A stretch of DNA of 64,000 nt, from contig JAQFVV010000001.1 in NCBI GenBank assembly GCA_028023455.1, positions 6,944,001-7,008,000 of the forward strand. The letters are read 5' to 3'. Source of the stretch: Epiperipatus broadwayi. Lineage: Eukaryota > Animalia > Onychophora. This document shows positions 28,700-43,090 of the stretch, piece after piece. A program made the position numbers and the translations under genes. The stretch's first letter is position 1, and each line of letters starts with the position of its first letter. The notes below the pieces were generated by a model. That model was given only the letters and a program-made list of their open reading frames with translations, was not told where the DNA came from and made no database searches.

Positions 28700-31600
28700 T
28701 CATCAATTTCAAGTATTCTATTATCAATCCTATGCAAGATGAAAATCTCTTCAAGTTCAATCCATCTCCGATTTCTAGCTTCTCTTCACCACACACACAC
28801 TTTCATCCAGCCATCTCACGTGTGGTCTCTTTCTAAGTCTTACAATCTCTTGGAATCCAGTTTAAGATTTCAACTGTCCATCTATTATTATCTCTTCTAG
28901 CAATATGTCCAGCCCAACTCCACTTCAGTCTCTTAATTCTTTCAATGATGTCAGCAACATCTATTTGTTCTCATCCATTTATTTCGTTTTCAATCTCCTG
29001 TTACTCCTAATATGTATCCATACTTCTTTGACTGGTCTGAAGTCTCCATATTGCTCTTCTGTTAAGTGTTCCCAGTCTCACAGCCATAAATAAGAACTGG
29101 TAAAACATACTTATTAAAAAATCTTTTCAAACAAGTTATTTCTACCAAAAACCCTTCAAGTTTAATTCTATAATTAATTTCATCCATTATGTGTCCATCT
29201 GTAGTAATAATCTAATCAAGATATTTGTAGTTGTTAACTTCTAACTCATCTTTATCAATCTTTATTTTCATTTTTTGAGAAAATCCATTAAACATTACTT
29301 TAATCTTTTTAGCATTTACTTTTAGCCCTACTCTCTTACTTTCATCTGATAACTCTTGCAACATTTTCTGAAGCATTATTTTCAAAAAGAACTACATCAT
29401 CTTCAAAATATGGATGACAAATACAGGCAGTCCTAATTTAGTACATTCTACTTTTGTACAATTTACTATTTCACACAAAGGGCAATAGAAAAAGACTATG
29501 TGTTATTGAATTTATCAAGAAAGGCAAAAAAGAGTACAATTCATTGATAAATTTATTTTAAAAATACCAGATACTAATCAATAAAATGTTATTTATGTAC
29601 TGTATATTCGAATTTTTGTTCTTATCCACTCATGTATTATATCACAATCAGCACATATATACAGAATAATGATTTACATTTTTATATATTAAGTTGTAAT
29701 TTTTTAGTACTATTAATTTTATTTTTATTAACTTGAGATGTTTTTCAATTGCTTTTATTCTTAGAGAATTCTCATCAATCACATAAAAACTTAACAGGGC
29801 TTTGGTTTGTGTATCATGTGATCTCAGCAATTACTCATACAGTAAATCCTGCCTCAGAAAACACATTCTAAAATGTAATTATGAATAGGAGTAAAAGTCT
29901 GCACATTTGAAAATATTTTCAAATAATTAGCATGTCATTTTATTTATATAATCTTAATAAGACTAATAAACCCAATAAAAAGAGTAGTGAATTTCAAACT
30001 TTCTGAAAAATAAGCAAAGCCATTTTTACAATACAAATGTTTTAATGAACCCAATAACTATATATCTTTATACATTTTTAAAAATTTTATAAATATTAAT
30101 CTTTTATTTTATTCATATTTTTGACTGATTTATTTTGCATAAACTTTTATATCTTTAATATGTATGTGTGTGGTTCTACATTTGTATAACTTTTAAACAA
30201 TTCACTTCCATCACTTTAATTATTTCATTAACAATGTAATAAAATTTAAGGTAATAAATTTTTAAAAAAGTAGAGGACTGCCTGTATACGCTAATACACT
30301 TCGTTAAAAAATAAATATTTTAAAAACTTTCTTGCACATTTCAAGAATCAATGTCTAGGATCGCCTGTAACCTCCATTTAGTTTATTCCTTCCCATTTTA
30401 ATCCACAAAATACTTCTTGCGCACTGCTGTAAAAGATTTTGGAGACATGGAGTCATCCTGACATACACCCTTCTTAATGTTAATCTTTTTAGCATCATTA
30501 TGTAATCTAATTGGTGCTATTGCATTTTTACAAATATTCTTCAGATTATGGCAATATTCTGGGTCTACATCTTGATCCCATGCTTTAATCACTGAAAAAA
30601 TGCTTATAGAATTAAATGCCTTTTCAAAATCTACAAATTCAAAGCATAATGGCAACTCATATTCATTTATCCTTTCTATAACTTCTCTCAATACTTGGCA
30701 TATGATCCACTGTATTAAAACCACTTTTAAATCCAGTTTCTTTTGGTTATCTGAAATCCAAAGTTCACCATCTTGATAAAAATTTTGTATAAGACTGATA
30801 GATCTGTAATTTCTAATATCTTTTTATCACCTTTTTTAAATATTAATATTAATACTGCATTTGGTACATTTTTATCATTTACACATTTGGTATATAACTT
30901 TGCCAAAAAATTTTCTATTTCTTCAACTGCTTCTTTTAAAATATCAATTATAATTCCATCATACCTGGAGCTTTTCCCTTCTTCATAAATTTAATTGCAT
31001 GTCTCACTTGATTTAAAATCCTAAACAATCCAGAAGTATAACAGTTGTAGAAGTTACTTTTCCTTCTTTATTATTATACAATTCTTGATAGAATGATGTC
31101 ATCTCTCTTTTTAGTAATAGTTCCATATTTTTTTCTTATTGCAGAAATGTTTCCTATCAATACTAAAATGTTTTACACTTTTGAGACTTATTCTCTTTTA
31201 CAGCTTTCTTTGCTAGTTCACAATTATACTTTATATCATTATCAATTCTTTCACATCATTTTACAAAATTCAAGATATTCTATCCTTCTTAATGCATCAT
31301 TTTTATATATTTTCAAATTCCTTTTTTTCTTCATAAATTATCTAGTCTCAATATAAATCTACCAGGTATCTATGTGGCAGTTTTTAAAAGAGTATTTTAT
31401 TTTCCTATTTCATTCAAATCTGAATCATTTAAAATCTGTTGATATTTGAAAACGATTTACAAATTCTCATTATATTAGAATATTTCTAAAGATTAGGAAT
31501 ATCAGCTGTGAATATTGTTTTTCTTAATAATTTTTGTCTTTCAAATGATCACTTCCTGTATTGGATTTATTAAGAACATTATAATCTTGAAATATGTATT

Positions 31601-32200
31601 TTTCTATTAGTCAAAATATAATCCAATTCTGTTGTACTTTCATTTGGGTGCTTCTATGTTCATTTCCGTTTAACCTTTTTCTCAAAAAAAGAATTCATAA
31701 TATAAAGTTTTTCTTTTTCTGCAAACTCCAATTTATGTCCTCTTTCATTTCTATTACCATAACCAAATTTACTGACAGCACTTTCGCCTTTCATTTGTTT
31801 ACCAATTCTAGCATTAAAGTCTACCATAACAATTTTAAAATGTTTACTCTGATTAAAAGCCTTGTGTACAACCATATAAAAATCTACTACTTTATCACTA
31901 TAAGAATTTGTTGGGGTATAAACCTGAATTATCTGCATTTGGTATCTGCTATTAAGTTGAATAACTAATCTTGCCAATCTGTCCAATACACCATCAATCT
32001 CCACAATGATGTTCTTCCATTTTTTATTTATAATGAATCCTATTTCAATATTTGTGCCTTTGTAGTACAGTACAAGTCTACTTTTTAAATCAATTGTCTC
32101 TTCACCTTTTATTCTAACTTCTCAAACTACAATAATGTCCGTTTAATATGAGACAATTCTTGCAATCTTCCTTCATTTGAAAGTGATCTGTAGTTATAAT
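28700..32200 (-). mobile_element. Degenerate RTE LINE (APE endonuclease + RT), split by a MITE
   Basis: APE ORF 31660-32004 (IIQVYTPT...VDFNARIG...RNERG); RT ORF 30398-30724 (FVDFEKAFNSI, KGVCQDD); FEDDVV near 29400; YGCET...KWSWAGHIAR...RWLDE at 28800-29090. The 5' UTR may extend to ~32700. Confidence 0.85.
29424..30284. mobile_element. Tc1/mariner-type MITE inserted in the RTE RT
   Basis: TA|CAGGCAGTCCT ... AGGACTGCCTG|TA; interrupts the RT just before the FADD-like motif. Confidence 0.75.
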
Positions 32201-33339
32201 ACCTAAATAAAATTTCATTATCAAATGATAACTTGGGTCACAATCAGGCATTTCTTGGCACCCTTCACCTTCAGCTACCAACTGCTGTCTTGGCTAGCAA
32301 CTTTGAACCTTTCTGTGAGTAAGGGCCATGATTTATTCTTGTTTGTCGTGGTTGTAAATATCTGTAGAAAAAATTTTCTCATTCGCATTCATTCTGCCTT
32401 TAAGAAAACTCAACTGATATTTCAGTTAAGAGCTGTCAAGCATTTGAGAAGAAAGACCATGGTGTTTCTTGATCTTAAACTCAGAGATAAAAAGCCAATA
32501 AACTCACCCTGCTGGCTAGTGCATGTTGTTGCACAGACTGTCCATGTTCATTATACTATATGAATAATCACATATTAATAACAACTGAAGGAACAAAAAT
32601 ATATGGTTGGACATTAGGAATTTGCCCTGCTTGGTTCTTTAATTAAGGCCTCCAAGAGAAATCAAAGGGTCACCTTTCATTTAAGAACAAACTCCTTTCT
32701 GCAGTCTTGATTTTATTACTCTTTTATATCTATATATATTCAATTCTTATACTTTCTTACAAACAAATTTCTAATAGTAATCAATGCATATATTTTTATG
32801 CAATCAATATGTTTGTTAATAGAGAAAAAAATATAAAAAAACTTGTTACTTTTAGTATTAAAAATTCAATTATTAGCTATTTTTGTTTATATATTTCCAA
32901 TTCTTTCAGATGTTAACTCTATCAAAATCAATTGAGTTTATATCATTATACTGTTATGCTTTTATTTCATACAAATATAATTTAATATTTCTCCTTAGAC
33001 ATTTTAACCATTTTATAATTGGATTTTTTTTCCTGAAATACTTACATGTATATATATTATGTAATGTATATATATATAATGCATATTTCATTGTGCATGT
33101 ATTTTAATATGAACATACTATAAGAATATTTTACAAGTCAGATTTTCTAGAGTTATTTTAATAAATTTGTAAAAAAAAAAAAAAAATCAAACATTTTCAT
33201 CTGGTTTGTAGAGATAAAAATATTACTTTAATGTGATCTTAGTAAAATCTTAATCTAATTATCTCACAATTTCAAATAATACAGATATAAATTCTATTAA
33301 TTTTAACAATCCCACCTACAAACAATAGCTACTAAACAT

Positions 33340-34140
33340 TTCTGAAGTAATAATCTTCATCTATATGTACTATAATGAATTGAACTTCCTTTTGATGATC
33401 CTGAATCAATCACTCATTTAAGCATGGCTATAAAAATCAATTCATATTTTACAAAACCATTATATGATTTTGATGAAGATGATCAAACCACTAATTAGTT
33501 ATATTTCTTGCCTATTTTACACTAAAACTATACTTAAAGAAAAAAACACTGGCATCCCAAAAGCATTTTAACAGATTCCTAAGTACCACTTTCAATGCTG
33601 AAAATTATACCATGAAATACTCTCCCCTCTGATATCATTCTAAAAACAGTATATTTCCCTTAACTATTCATGTAAACATATATCAGATTGTGTGCCCAAA
33701 TATTTATAACTAGGATTGGAATGAGTACATGAGAACAGATAATTAAGTTTTAAAATAAGACCAAAAAAAAAATTATTTACAACAATAGTTAAAATATTTA
33801 CAATTATTATAACCTATCATGTTAACAATAAAACAAATATAAGTAAATACTAAACACAGATATATTCATACCAAATAAAATTTAGTATAAACTTGACTGA
33901 ATTTGATCCTGTGAGCTTCAATATGTTTGCATGAAAGATTGATATCCACTTTCACATTATTATTACTAAAAAAAAAAATACATAAACATTACAAATATTA
34001 AGAATCTGAAGAAAAAAAAAATGTAGTAACTGCCTTTTACCTAGGTAAAAATTAAATCTTACTCAAATAGATTAAGAATTCTGATTTTTTGCCTACCAAT
34101 TGATCACAATCGGGTTGAACATTTGAGATAATTTTATATA
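33340..34140. repeat. Diverged direct repeat copy A (candidate old Gypsy LTR)
   Basis: Collinear similarity to 41340-42150 (for example aaaatatttacaatt, ataaaacaaatataagtaaata, cccaaaa.cattt); termini not resolved. Confidence 0.55.
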
Positions 34141-34149
34141 TAACAATTA

Positions 34150-34400
34150 CTAATTATCCACAGTCTAAGCAATTTTCCTGATCTATCCACCACACTTAAC
34201 TTTATATCCCCCAATGAAAATTCTACATCTCTTTCCCCAGTATTAACCGTCATTATATTTGATTTTTCTTCACTAAATTTAATCCCCATCTCTTTATCCA
34301 CCCTTGCACATGTCCTCAACATAATTTCCATACCTTCTCTTCTTTCTGCACACAAAAAAATAAGTGATGTATTATGGCTTCTCCTTAAACGAAGTCAAGA
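34150..34400 (-). mobile_element. LINE RT fragment
   Basis: ORF 34134-34355 AERREGMEIMLRTC...MGIKFSEEKSNIM resembles the post-FADD region of non-LTR RTs. Confidence 0.45.
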
Positions 34401-36308
34401 ATATCTCCGCAATTATGCCCAGATAAACCTGTTAGCCACTTTATTTTACATTCCCCACTCTAAGTAATAATAAATAATATTAGGTCAGTTAATCAGGAAT
34501 ATAGCCATGTTCTTGAGATATCTAAACTTATACATGAAAGGAAGATTCTTCTTTTTCATAGCTTGATTAACTTGCACTTTATGATGCATAAAATAAAGAC
34601 TTAAATACAATAAACATTACAATATATTGACCAATCAAATTAGATATATAACATTATTACAGTGTTTGTATTTTTTACTTTCTATACATAACAAAAATAA
34701 TTTATATACACATAACTAATCAACCCTTTTCGCAGCCTTCTACCATTAAAAAAATGAACATTGGTCCACTATTCATGTATATGAACCCAACCACTGGCAT
34801 TGAGACATACATGATGCAGGCGTGAACAACAAGAGATAACTTTAATTTTGACACAATAAGCAAAAACTATATAAAAAAAAAAAACTAATCAAGATAAAAA
34901 CCATGCTCATGAGTAACCTGACTTAGAGGCTAGATTAGATAGATGATTAAAAATCATAAAATGCTCGTAGTAAAATTAAACCACTAAATTAAACTTTTTT
35001 AATTTACCTATTTGATATGTGAATCTGTCAGTATTACAGACAACTATTAATGGTAGAATTAGTATGAACTACTCTATATCAAACTACACGATAAGCTAAT
35101 CAAAACTAAATACGACATCTATTTTTTCCCCTCACTAAATATTACATTTCAAATATGAATTTATATACTGTAATCATGTTTTCTTCATGATTTAAACACT
35201 ATACCTATTCAGTTCTATACTGTAGTTAAAAAGCACAAGTAGAATTATTTCCTTTTGTGATATGTTAAACAGCATTGCAGACAAACATTGATTCAGACAA
35301 TAGACAAAATAGGGATTTTATATAAGAGATATAAGAAGTTGGCTCAGTGTCAGAGACAGAGCTCAGCAATGAGTAACATGACAACACTAATCCTCAAGAG
35401 TGAATATCAAAATCCAAAGCTCACCACCAAAAAAAGAAAGCACAAGTAAACTACATCTCGTCAAGAAAAAATAAACATTTCTCATATCAAAGTATACATA
35501 GATACTAAAAAAACAGTAATTATAGTAATTAATTTACAACACAAGAACCAAGTTTATTTTTTTATTAAACTATCAATAATCTCACATTTGTTAAGTTCCT
35601 TTTTCTATCCAGTGTTCACCCAGAAAGCATTATCCCCCTGGCATCCAACCAGTAGAACAGTCTTCCATAAAGTCTAAAAAAAATTTTTAAAATAAATTTT
35701 TTGGAGTTGCTTAAATGGAAAACCAAAGCTTTTTATTTTTAATCCTTTCCATTTTTTTTATTTCTAATCCAGCCCATTTGAAATAGTTTTTCAGAGACTT
35801 TGATACAGTCAAAATTTCTATTCAGCAGGTATCTCTAATCATTGGAAGAATTGTGCAATTATGTTTGCCTAAATGCAAACAAGGTGCAAAACAAGTGGCT
35901 CACAATTGATATAATTAATTGACTATTGCGCCTTCTTTATCCAGCATATGTGATTAATAGTCAAATAGATTTTGAAACAATATCCCAGTTTCTGCATAAC
36001 ATGCTCACAGAAGTTTGACTGAGGATTCCTGATAGAAATCAATGTGTTTAATACTTAAATTTTTAACTCATTCATTTGATTATACTAACATTAATGGAGT
36101 CCCATGGTCAGAAATGATAACCTGTTTTATCCAATATCAGAAAAGGCTAGATTTCAAGTACTTTAATGGTATGTCAGGTGCTAATAACTTAAAAGCTGAA
36201 CAAAGTTCACAATTTTTGCCTAGTGCCCTTTTGACTAAGTTAAATTAGTCACAGAATTATGCAGTATATAGTATTTTCAATATTACATTTCCTCGGGATA
36301 TTACATAC

Positions 36309-36896
36309 TGTTGTGTTTGGTCTGGATTACAGACCCAACTAACAGTAAATAATATAAAATAATACTGACACAAGTATTATAATTTAATATATTTATTATG
36401 TACAAATATATACAAACAATATACAGTATACAAATGCATATTTATAAGTTGAATCTTGGAGTTTAACATGAACTCTGGGTTTTGCCTGCCGCTTCCAGCC
36501 ATACCTTATGGCTTGCCTCACGGGTAAGGTCTATGACTCTTCCAGCTAAGTAGTTAGCTTGCCTCGAGCCGAGGGTGATCTTAGCAGCGTCCGGTCTCTG
36601 TGGGACTTGCCTAGCTGCGTAGATCTAAATAGCGTAGTGCTATTAATGGGAGAACGCAAACGTCTGTTTAGGTTAGACACATTTTTCCTTGATTCTCACA
36701 AAAGGCTGACTATTTATACCCAGATCCCTGACCTTATTGAAAACCTTCGGATTCAGCAAGCATCGTTGCTCATTGGCCTGTAATAATCATTGGCTATGCT
36801 TTTATCTATACATCAGCCTATTGGCCTGAGGCAAACAATGCTTAATCTGATCAGATAAGGCGGCATTTGGAATAGTCCACCCCAAAATTTTCAACA
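36309..36896 (-). mobile_element. Probable solo LTR nested in the Gypsy relic
   Basis: TGTTG...CAACA termini; flanks ATAC/TTAC (1 mismatch); on - strand CCAAT boxes, then GGTATAAATA, then AATAAA; GC and CpG richer than the flanks. Confidence 0.5.
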
Positions 36897-37175
36897 TTAC
36901 CATGATTTAAGTATACATGCCTACTGATTTTTGCTATACTTATGGCACAGGATATACTTCTACAAACTTTACAAAAAAAGCATATATCATGACTAGATAC
37001 TTCATTCTTTAGAATGGGGATAATGGACCACAAAAATCAATTGCCATCATCTACATAGATTTTGTAGGAATAATGGGATGCATTAGACTAAGATAAATTT
37101 GAATTGGCTGGTTTGGCTCATTGACCTCTCACAGAGATTTAACACCAAGATATTTCTAAGCATACATCCTCCACT

Positions 37176-37527
37176 CAGGCAAAACTCACTATACGTATTG
37201 CCACACACAGCTAGCTAGAGTAATGAATGGATGCCAGAAGACTTGTGCACAAAATTCCCATCTAGTGCCTGCTCATCCAATATCCCCAGACTAGTTTCTG
37301 GCTTGTGGCCTTTATCAGTGAAAAGCCTTGGATCTGAGAGCACTGCACCTAGATCTTAGGATATTGGATGAGTAGGCACTAGTTGGGGATTTTATGCACA
37401 AACCTTCTGGCCTCCATTGATTACTCTAGCTTGCTGGGTGTGGCAATACCTATAGTGAGGTTTGCCTGTTTTAATAACAGTTATAAACAAGCATAAGAAA
37501 TGGTGATCATGTGATGTTCATTGGTTT
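37176..37527. mobile_element. Older, shorter family-1 HHR element copy with inversion
   Basis: Family-1 sequence forward to ~37360, then inverted; HHR at 37283-37324 (-) is degenerate (CUGAUAA); no TSD found. Confidence 0.8.
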
Positions 37528-40500
37528 TTTTCCCTAAATTATCAATGCTCAACTTGAACTGCACATTCTGTCATTGTTTCATAAACAGATGCTCTAAATC
37601 CTCTTCTATAGATTCATTAATGACTAATCTGATAATTGCAATAAAAATATTTTTAGCATTCAAGTGCTGGGCAACTGACTGGACCGGATTGTAGCTAAGG
37701 ATGTCAGAGTATTCTTAGATCTTTTACAATATTGACAGTACAATTGAATTCCTGTAAAAACAGACTCCGATGAATCAAATGGCTATTAGCTAGATAACTA
37801 TGATTCACAAACTCGAGGCTTTTGTAATCAGTTCTCACAATCCTCTGACCCAAGTAAAAAAAACTCTTAAATTTCTGAAAATACCCATACTATAGTTAGG
37901 GTTTCAATATCAGTGATGGCATAATTAATCTTTAGACTTTTCAGCAGATGATTAATGAAGTAGAGGACCTCCATTTGCCATCCTCCTGGATCTACGAAAG
38001 TACAATTCCCAATTTGAATCCACTACAATCCATTTGAACTAAGAAAGGTTTTCCAAAATCGGGAAATGAAAGCATAGTTTTTGAAATACTCCAGAATTCC
38101 TTTCCCAGATGCATCCCTTCATAACAGCAGTTCCATATTATATGTAAATCTTTTATGAAATTTATTATAGAAGTTATATAGCCCTAGAAAGGATAAAACT
38201 TGTTTCTTCATTCTGGGTATGGAAAATTCTAAACTAATTTTAAAAGATGAGATCCAAAACCTTTACTCCCAATAATATGACTTAAGAACATGAATTCTTT
38301 TTTAAAATTTATTTTAATTTCCTTTTCTTTGCATTCAACAAAAAGCCTATCTAGATGCTGGAGATATTCATATTAAAATAAATGGACAATTAATACATTC
38401 GTTGACATGTATAGTTGTAATTTGTTTTATCACATGGAATAGGGCTTGATCTAAACATCTTAATAATCAGGCATCATTATTTATTAAACCAAATGGTATC
38501 CAAATGAATACATATAAGTGACCATATATTAATGCAATATATTGGCAATCTTCAGGGATGAAGTTTAATCTGCCAATAACTGATCAATGGTAGAGAAAAA
38601 AAAATTTTCCTTTGAACTGCATCAATAACTCATAGATGGGAGGTGGGATACAATGGTTAGAAACTTACTTTATTTAACTGTCATACATCTGAGCTCAAAC
38701 TAACTGACCCATTCTTCTTTTTCATTACCATAATAGGATTAATATATGGGGAGAAGCACTTGGATGTAATACCCCAATAAGACTTGGTCTGGTATAGCTA
38801 GTTTTGAACTAATCTTATTCTCCATTTAAATCCTTTACTAATCCCTGGAACATCTGAAAATACTAAATTTATATATAACAAACTGCAACCTTTCATGCCA
38901 ATCAGCTTTGATTAACTTAGATTCATTTATCTTATTAATAGCAATCGTTTATGGACTTATCCATATAACACAATTTAATAAAACTATACAAATCTGGAGA
39001 CAAAAATTCTAACATCTCTCCATCACACATGATTTAGCCCTCTGTATAATTTAACACAACTATTTTATGAAGGAAATCAGACCCCAATACTATATATTAT
39101 GGATGAGTCAATATCAAAAATACATGAGACATGATTTTTTTCCTCCAATTTGTAATATAACCCAAATTTGATTATTGACCAATTTTATTTGTGACTATTT
39201 TCAGTAGTGACTGATGTTTTTTAGAAATACTATACAGTATTGATAGAACTCTTCAGAAATTATTGTGACCTGGCTACCAGTGTCCAGCAAGACTTTAAAG
39301 GCAACACCCTTCAAAAAATATATCAATTTTTAGGCAGTGTTGATTAATATAGTAGTGCATCTTATCCTTCTTCCATATGTAAGTTAAATTCATTAATTTT
39401 TTTTTTGTTTTACCTTCAAAAAGTATTTCAATTTTTGAACAGTGTTGTTTAACACTTTTTTTTATTTGGTTAGTGTCTCTTTTATTTCCATTTGAACCTT
39501 GAAGTGATTAAGGTCCCTTTTAGTTTCCCTAGGTTTTATCACCAAGTTTTTAGGAGAAGTGTGACTTCTGTCAAACACAGATGATGGAGTTCTATATTTT
39601 CTTCCAAGGCTGTTTCTGATTTGAGTTCCACTTCATGTCCTTGTCATCAATATAGCAGGTTTTATATATCCAGAAGATCAACACCTTACTCATTTTTTCC
39701 AGTCATGAACATCATGATTGTTTTTCCTTTCTCTTACTTCTATTGCATAGATATAGCTGGATCTTTTGATCTATCATGTAAAATACTTTGTTTTGCTGGC
39801 CATATCTACTGTGTTGAAAAAATCTGCCATCTGTTCTATACTGTACCAAGCAGCATTTGCTCTATTCTAAATGGAAAATTACACTGAATTATCTGTATCA
39901 TGACACATATATTGAGCATCCTTAATGTAGCCACCTGTCTGATTCTCCACTTCCTACACAAAATTTTTCTTGCATCACCCGATAATAAATTGCTTCCTGG
40001 CATTCTTCAGAATTTTTTAGCAAAGCTGCTTATAATTTTAAAAGCTATTTGATATATTAAATAGTGAGTCCCACCAAACCTAAGCAATATCTTATAAATG
40101 ACTTCAAACTATAGTCAACTTAATTTCTTTCAACATAGGTTGAGATTAAAGTAACATTCTAAACTATTGAGATTCAGGTGGTTCATCAGCCAGACCTTTA
40201 AATATTATTTTTAAAAACTGACTTATGTTATGGTGAACCTCGTTATGCACAGCAGCATTAAATTTTTTGAGATCCATCCCCTACTGGTTTTATTACACCC
40301 AGTCCTTCTGACTTTTTTTCCATACAATTTGTTCGTATTTCTTTTGTAAGTTTTTCTGTGCAGATTCAATTTGTCTAGTCTGCATATCACAGCTATCTTA
40401 AACTCTTTATTTTCTATGCAATAATATTTCATTGCTTTCTCCTAATACTTTCTTTAATCTCCAATATCTGGCTGTTATTTTTCTTATTATATTCCTCTAC

Positions 40501-41339
40501 TTGGATTTCTGTCTTTCCTATCCTTTCTTCTTGATCTTAGTTTTTCTTTTAACACATTTTCCTATTATACTTTGATTCTTTACTTTTATCTCCTTTTTTA
40601 ACTTCATTCAACCTCATAACCATTATCTGATGATTTACTTCTTTCATTGCTGCCATCATTCCTTTTAACTCTGCTGGACATTTCTGTTGGCTTTCATGTA
40701 TATTTTTGAATTTTAAATCCATTTTCTGTTAGCATTCATGTAATTTTACTTTCATGACCTGACGCATTTCTTGGAATTTTACATCAATTTTCTATTAGCA
40801 CACATGTAATTTTATATCCATGGTCTGGTACTTGAAACTTTATATATTTTTCTGTTGCACTTTCAAATTTAAATTATACAGCATTTCTATATTTACTGCT
40901 ACCAGAATGGTTTCTATAGATTTATTTATTATTCCCTCAAGCTCCAATTTTATTGGTATTCAAACTATTACACCATTTCTCCATATTTAATTCTTGTTCT
41001 ATTCTCTTCAAACCTGATCACTTCATCATTAATTATATAGATTTTTTTTTTCATCTTATCTTCTATTATTTACTTCTAGTGAGCAATAAAATGAAATTGG
41101 TACACCAGTCTACATCCTTATATAACACACCTACCTATAACTTATGTCTCTGCCCCTACCACTACCTTATATAATTAACCTGGCAATTATTTATTCCTTT
41201 GGCTATCTATTCTATTCTATCTTAGCATCTAACAATCTTATTCACTCAATTTACTAGTGCCAATCTTCTCTAATTCCAATAACTACAGTTCTTTTTTTTT
41301 TTATTTACACAAATCACAAATGTACCAGGCTTACATATT

Positions 41340-42150
41340 GCAGAACTATAAATGTATTGAATTCCCTTTTGATGATAATGATAATCTTAAACCAATAACT
41401 TCCAATAAGCATGGTACATAAGAATCAATCCATATTTTACAAAATCATATTTGGCTATATTGGATCATATGGCGTTGATGCAGGTAATCAAACAACTAAT
41501 GATTTATATTTCCTGACCATCTTTCACCAATACCCAGCAGGTAAAGCAAAAAGGTCTCCCATCCCAAAAACATTTTTAATATAGATCCCTAAGCACCACT
41601 AATATTGCTGAAAGAACGCCTTGAAGTATCCTCTTTTCTGGCAACATCATCCTGAAATTAATGGATGTGTAGCCAAATAGTTATATCTAGGTTTGGAATG
41701 AAAATGAAAGAATGGACAATTAGGTTTGAAAATAATACAAATAAGAAAATAAAATAATTATTTACAATAATTAAAATATTTACAATTGGTACAATCTACC
41801 CTTATACCCATAAAACAAATATAAGTAAATATTAAAAACTGTAATGTATTCATACTGGAGAAAGATCAGTGTAAATGTGAATGAATTTAATCCCATGAGC
41901 TCCAATATACTTACATGAATGACTGATACCAATTTTCACATAATTATTATTTTAAAAAATACATAAATATAATAAAAATAAATATTAAAAATCGAAAAAT
42001 AAATAAATATTAAAATATGCAGAAATAATAGTCTAAAAGTTTTTTTATCTAGTTAAAAATTAAATCTTATCCAAATATATTCAGAATTTTGATTTTTTTC
42101 TATCAGTTGATCAAAATGGGTTCAAATTTTTGGAATAATTTTATATATAA
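41340..42150. repeat. Diverged direct repeat copy B (candidate old Gypsy LTR)
   Basis: Same orientation as and collinear with 33340-34140; the two copies bracket the Gypsy pol relic. Confidence 0.55.
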
Positions 42151-42810
42151 GTCACTAATCATGCAAAGTTCAGTTCTTCATCTAATTTATGTTATATCAT
42201 TCATTACAAGTAAGAATAATGACTTTATATACAAATTGAATCCCATTATGGATAGGCCTATAAAAATCGGACTAAGAACAATAGGAAACTGCTTGTACTT
42301 ACACTGATCATACAATAGCAGAAACAACACCTTCTTTAAATTAGCAGAAGGCCATTAGGTTCAGATTTCAATTAGTGAACTAATAAAGATTTTACCCCCT
42401 CATGGGGAGATCTTCAACTACAATATGATGGGCCATAGTAATTTAATGAGAGTTTATGGCATAGTAGCTTCCTGAACAAATGAGAGATACTATTCAGACT
42501 AGCTAATATCTAAATCTCCTAAATACAGTTATTAAACTGTTAAAATGTGCTAATCTCTACTCTTCTCATTTAGTTTTTTGTTTTTTTTTTACCAACAGTC
42601 TCCTTTCAACACCCTTTTTGAGGTCTCCGCATCCCTTGCTTTTTGCAGTTCCACTCACTTTTTTATATAAACACTATTCACAATAAAACAGTACAATTAT
42701 GGTATCTTTACTACCATCCATTTTAGTCTTTTAATTATTTTTAATTAATTATATTTAATAAAAAATATATATTTTTTTGTTTTACAAAATATATATATCT
42801 AATTATTTTC

Positions 42811-43090
42811 TTTCCCTTTTTCATTAATTTTCATTAAAATTTCCAAATTTAATTTTTTTTTTTACAAAGAAACATGAGATAAGAAATAATTTTTTCTAAA
42901 TTATTGTAATTATCTAAATAGTCTACTTTAAATCAGTCAAGTATACAAATTAGATTAACTTTCCCTTTTCTTTCATTAATTTTCATTAAAATTTCCAAAT
43001 TTAATTTTTTATTACAAAGAAATATGAAATATAATTTTTTTTTTTTCTAAATTATCATAACTAGATAGATTATCTATTTTCAAGAAAAGT
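42811..43090. repeat. ~150-bp diverged tandem duplication
   Basis: tcattaattttcattaaaatttccaaatttaattttttt..tacaaagaaa occurs twice, with aaattagattaac repeated. Confidence 0.7.

Larger units (their letters stand above)
35800..39340 (-). mobile_element. Degenerate Ty3/Gypsy pol (PR-RT-RH-IN)
   Basis: LLDTGSQV at 39267-39291; YWQIKLHPED and IPFGL at 38485-38579; DASGK at 38101; IETLTIVWVF near 37890; IDFCGPL at 37021-37041; IISDHG and NPQSN at 36020-36118. Many stops and frameshifts. Confidence 0.85.

Noticed and set aside
32230-32710. HDV-like ribozyme at the RTE 5' end
   Set aside because: RTE elements can carry these, but no nested double pseudoknot could be built by eye.
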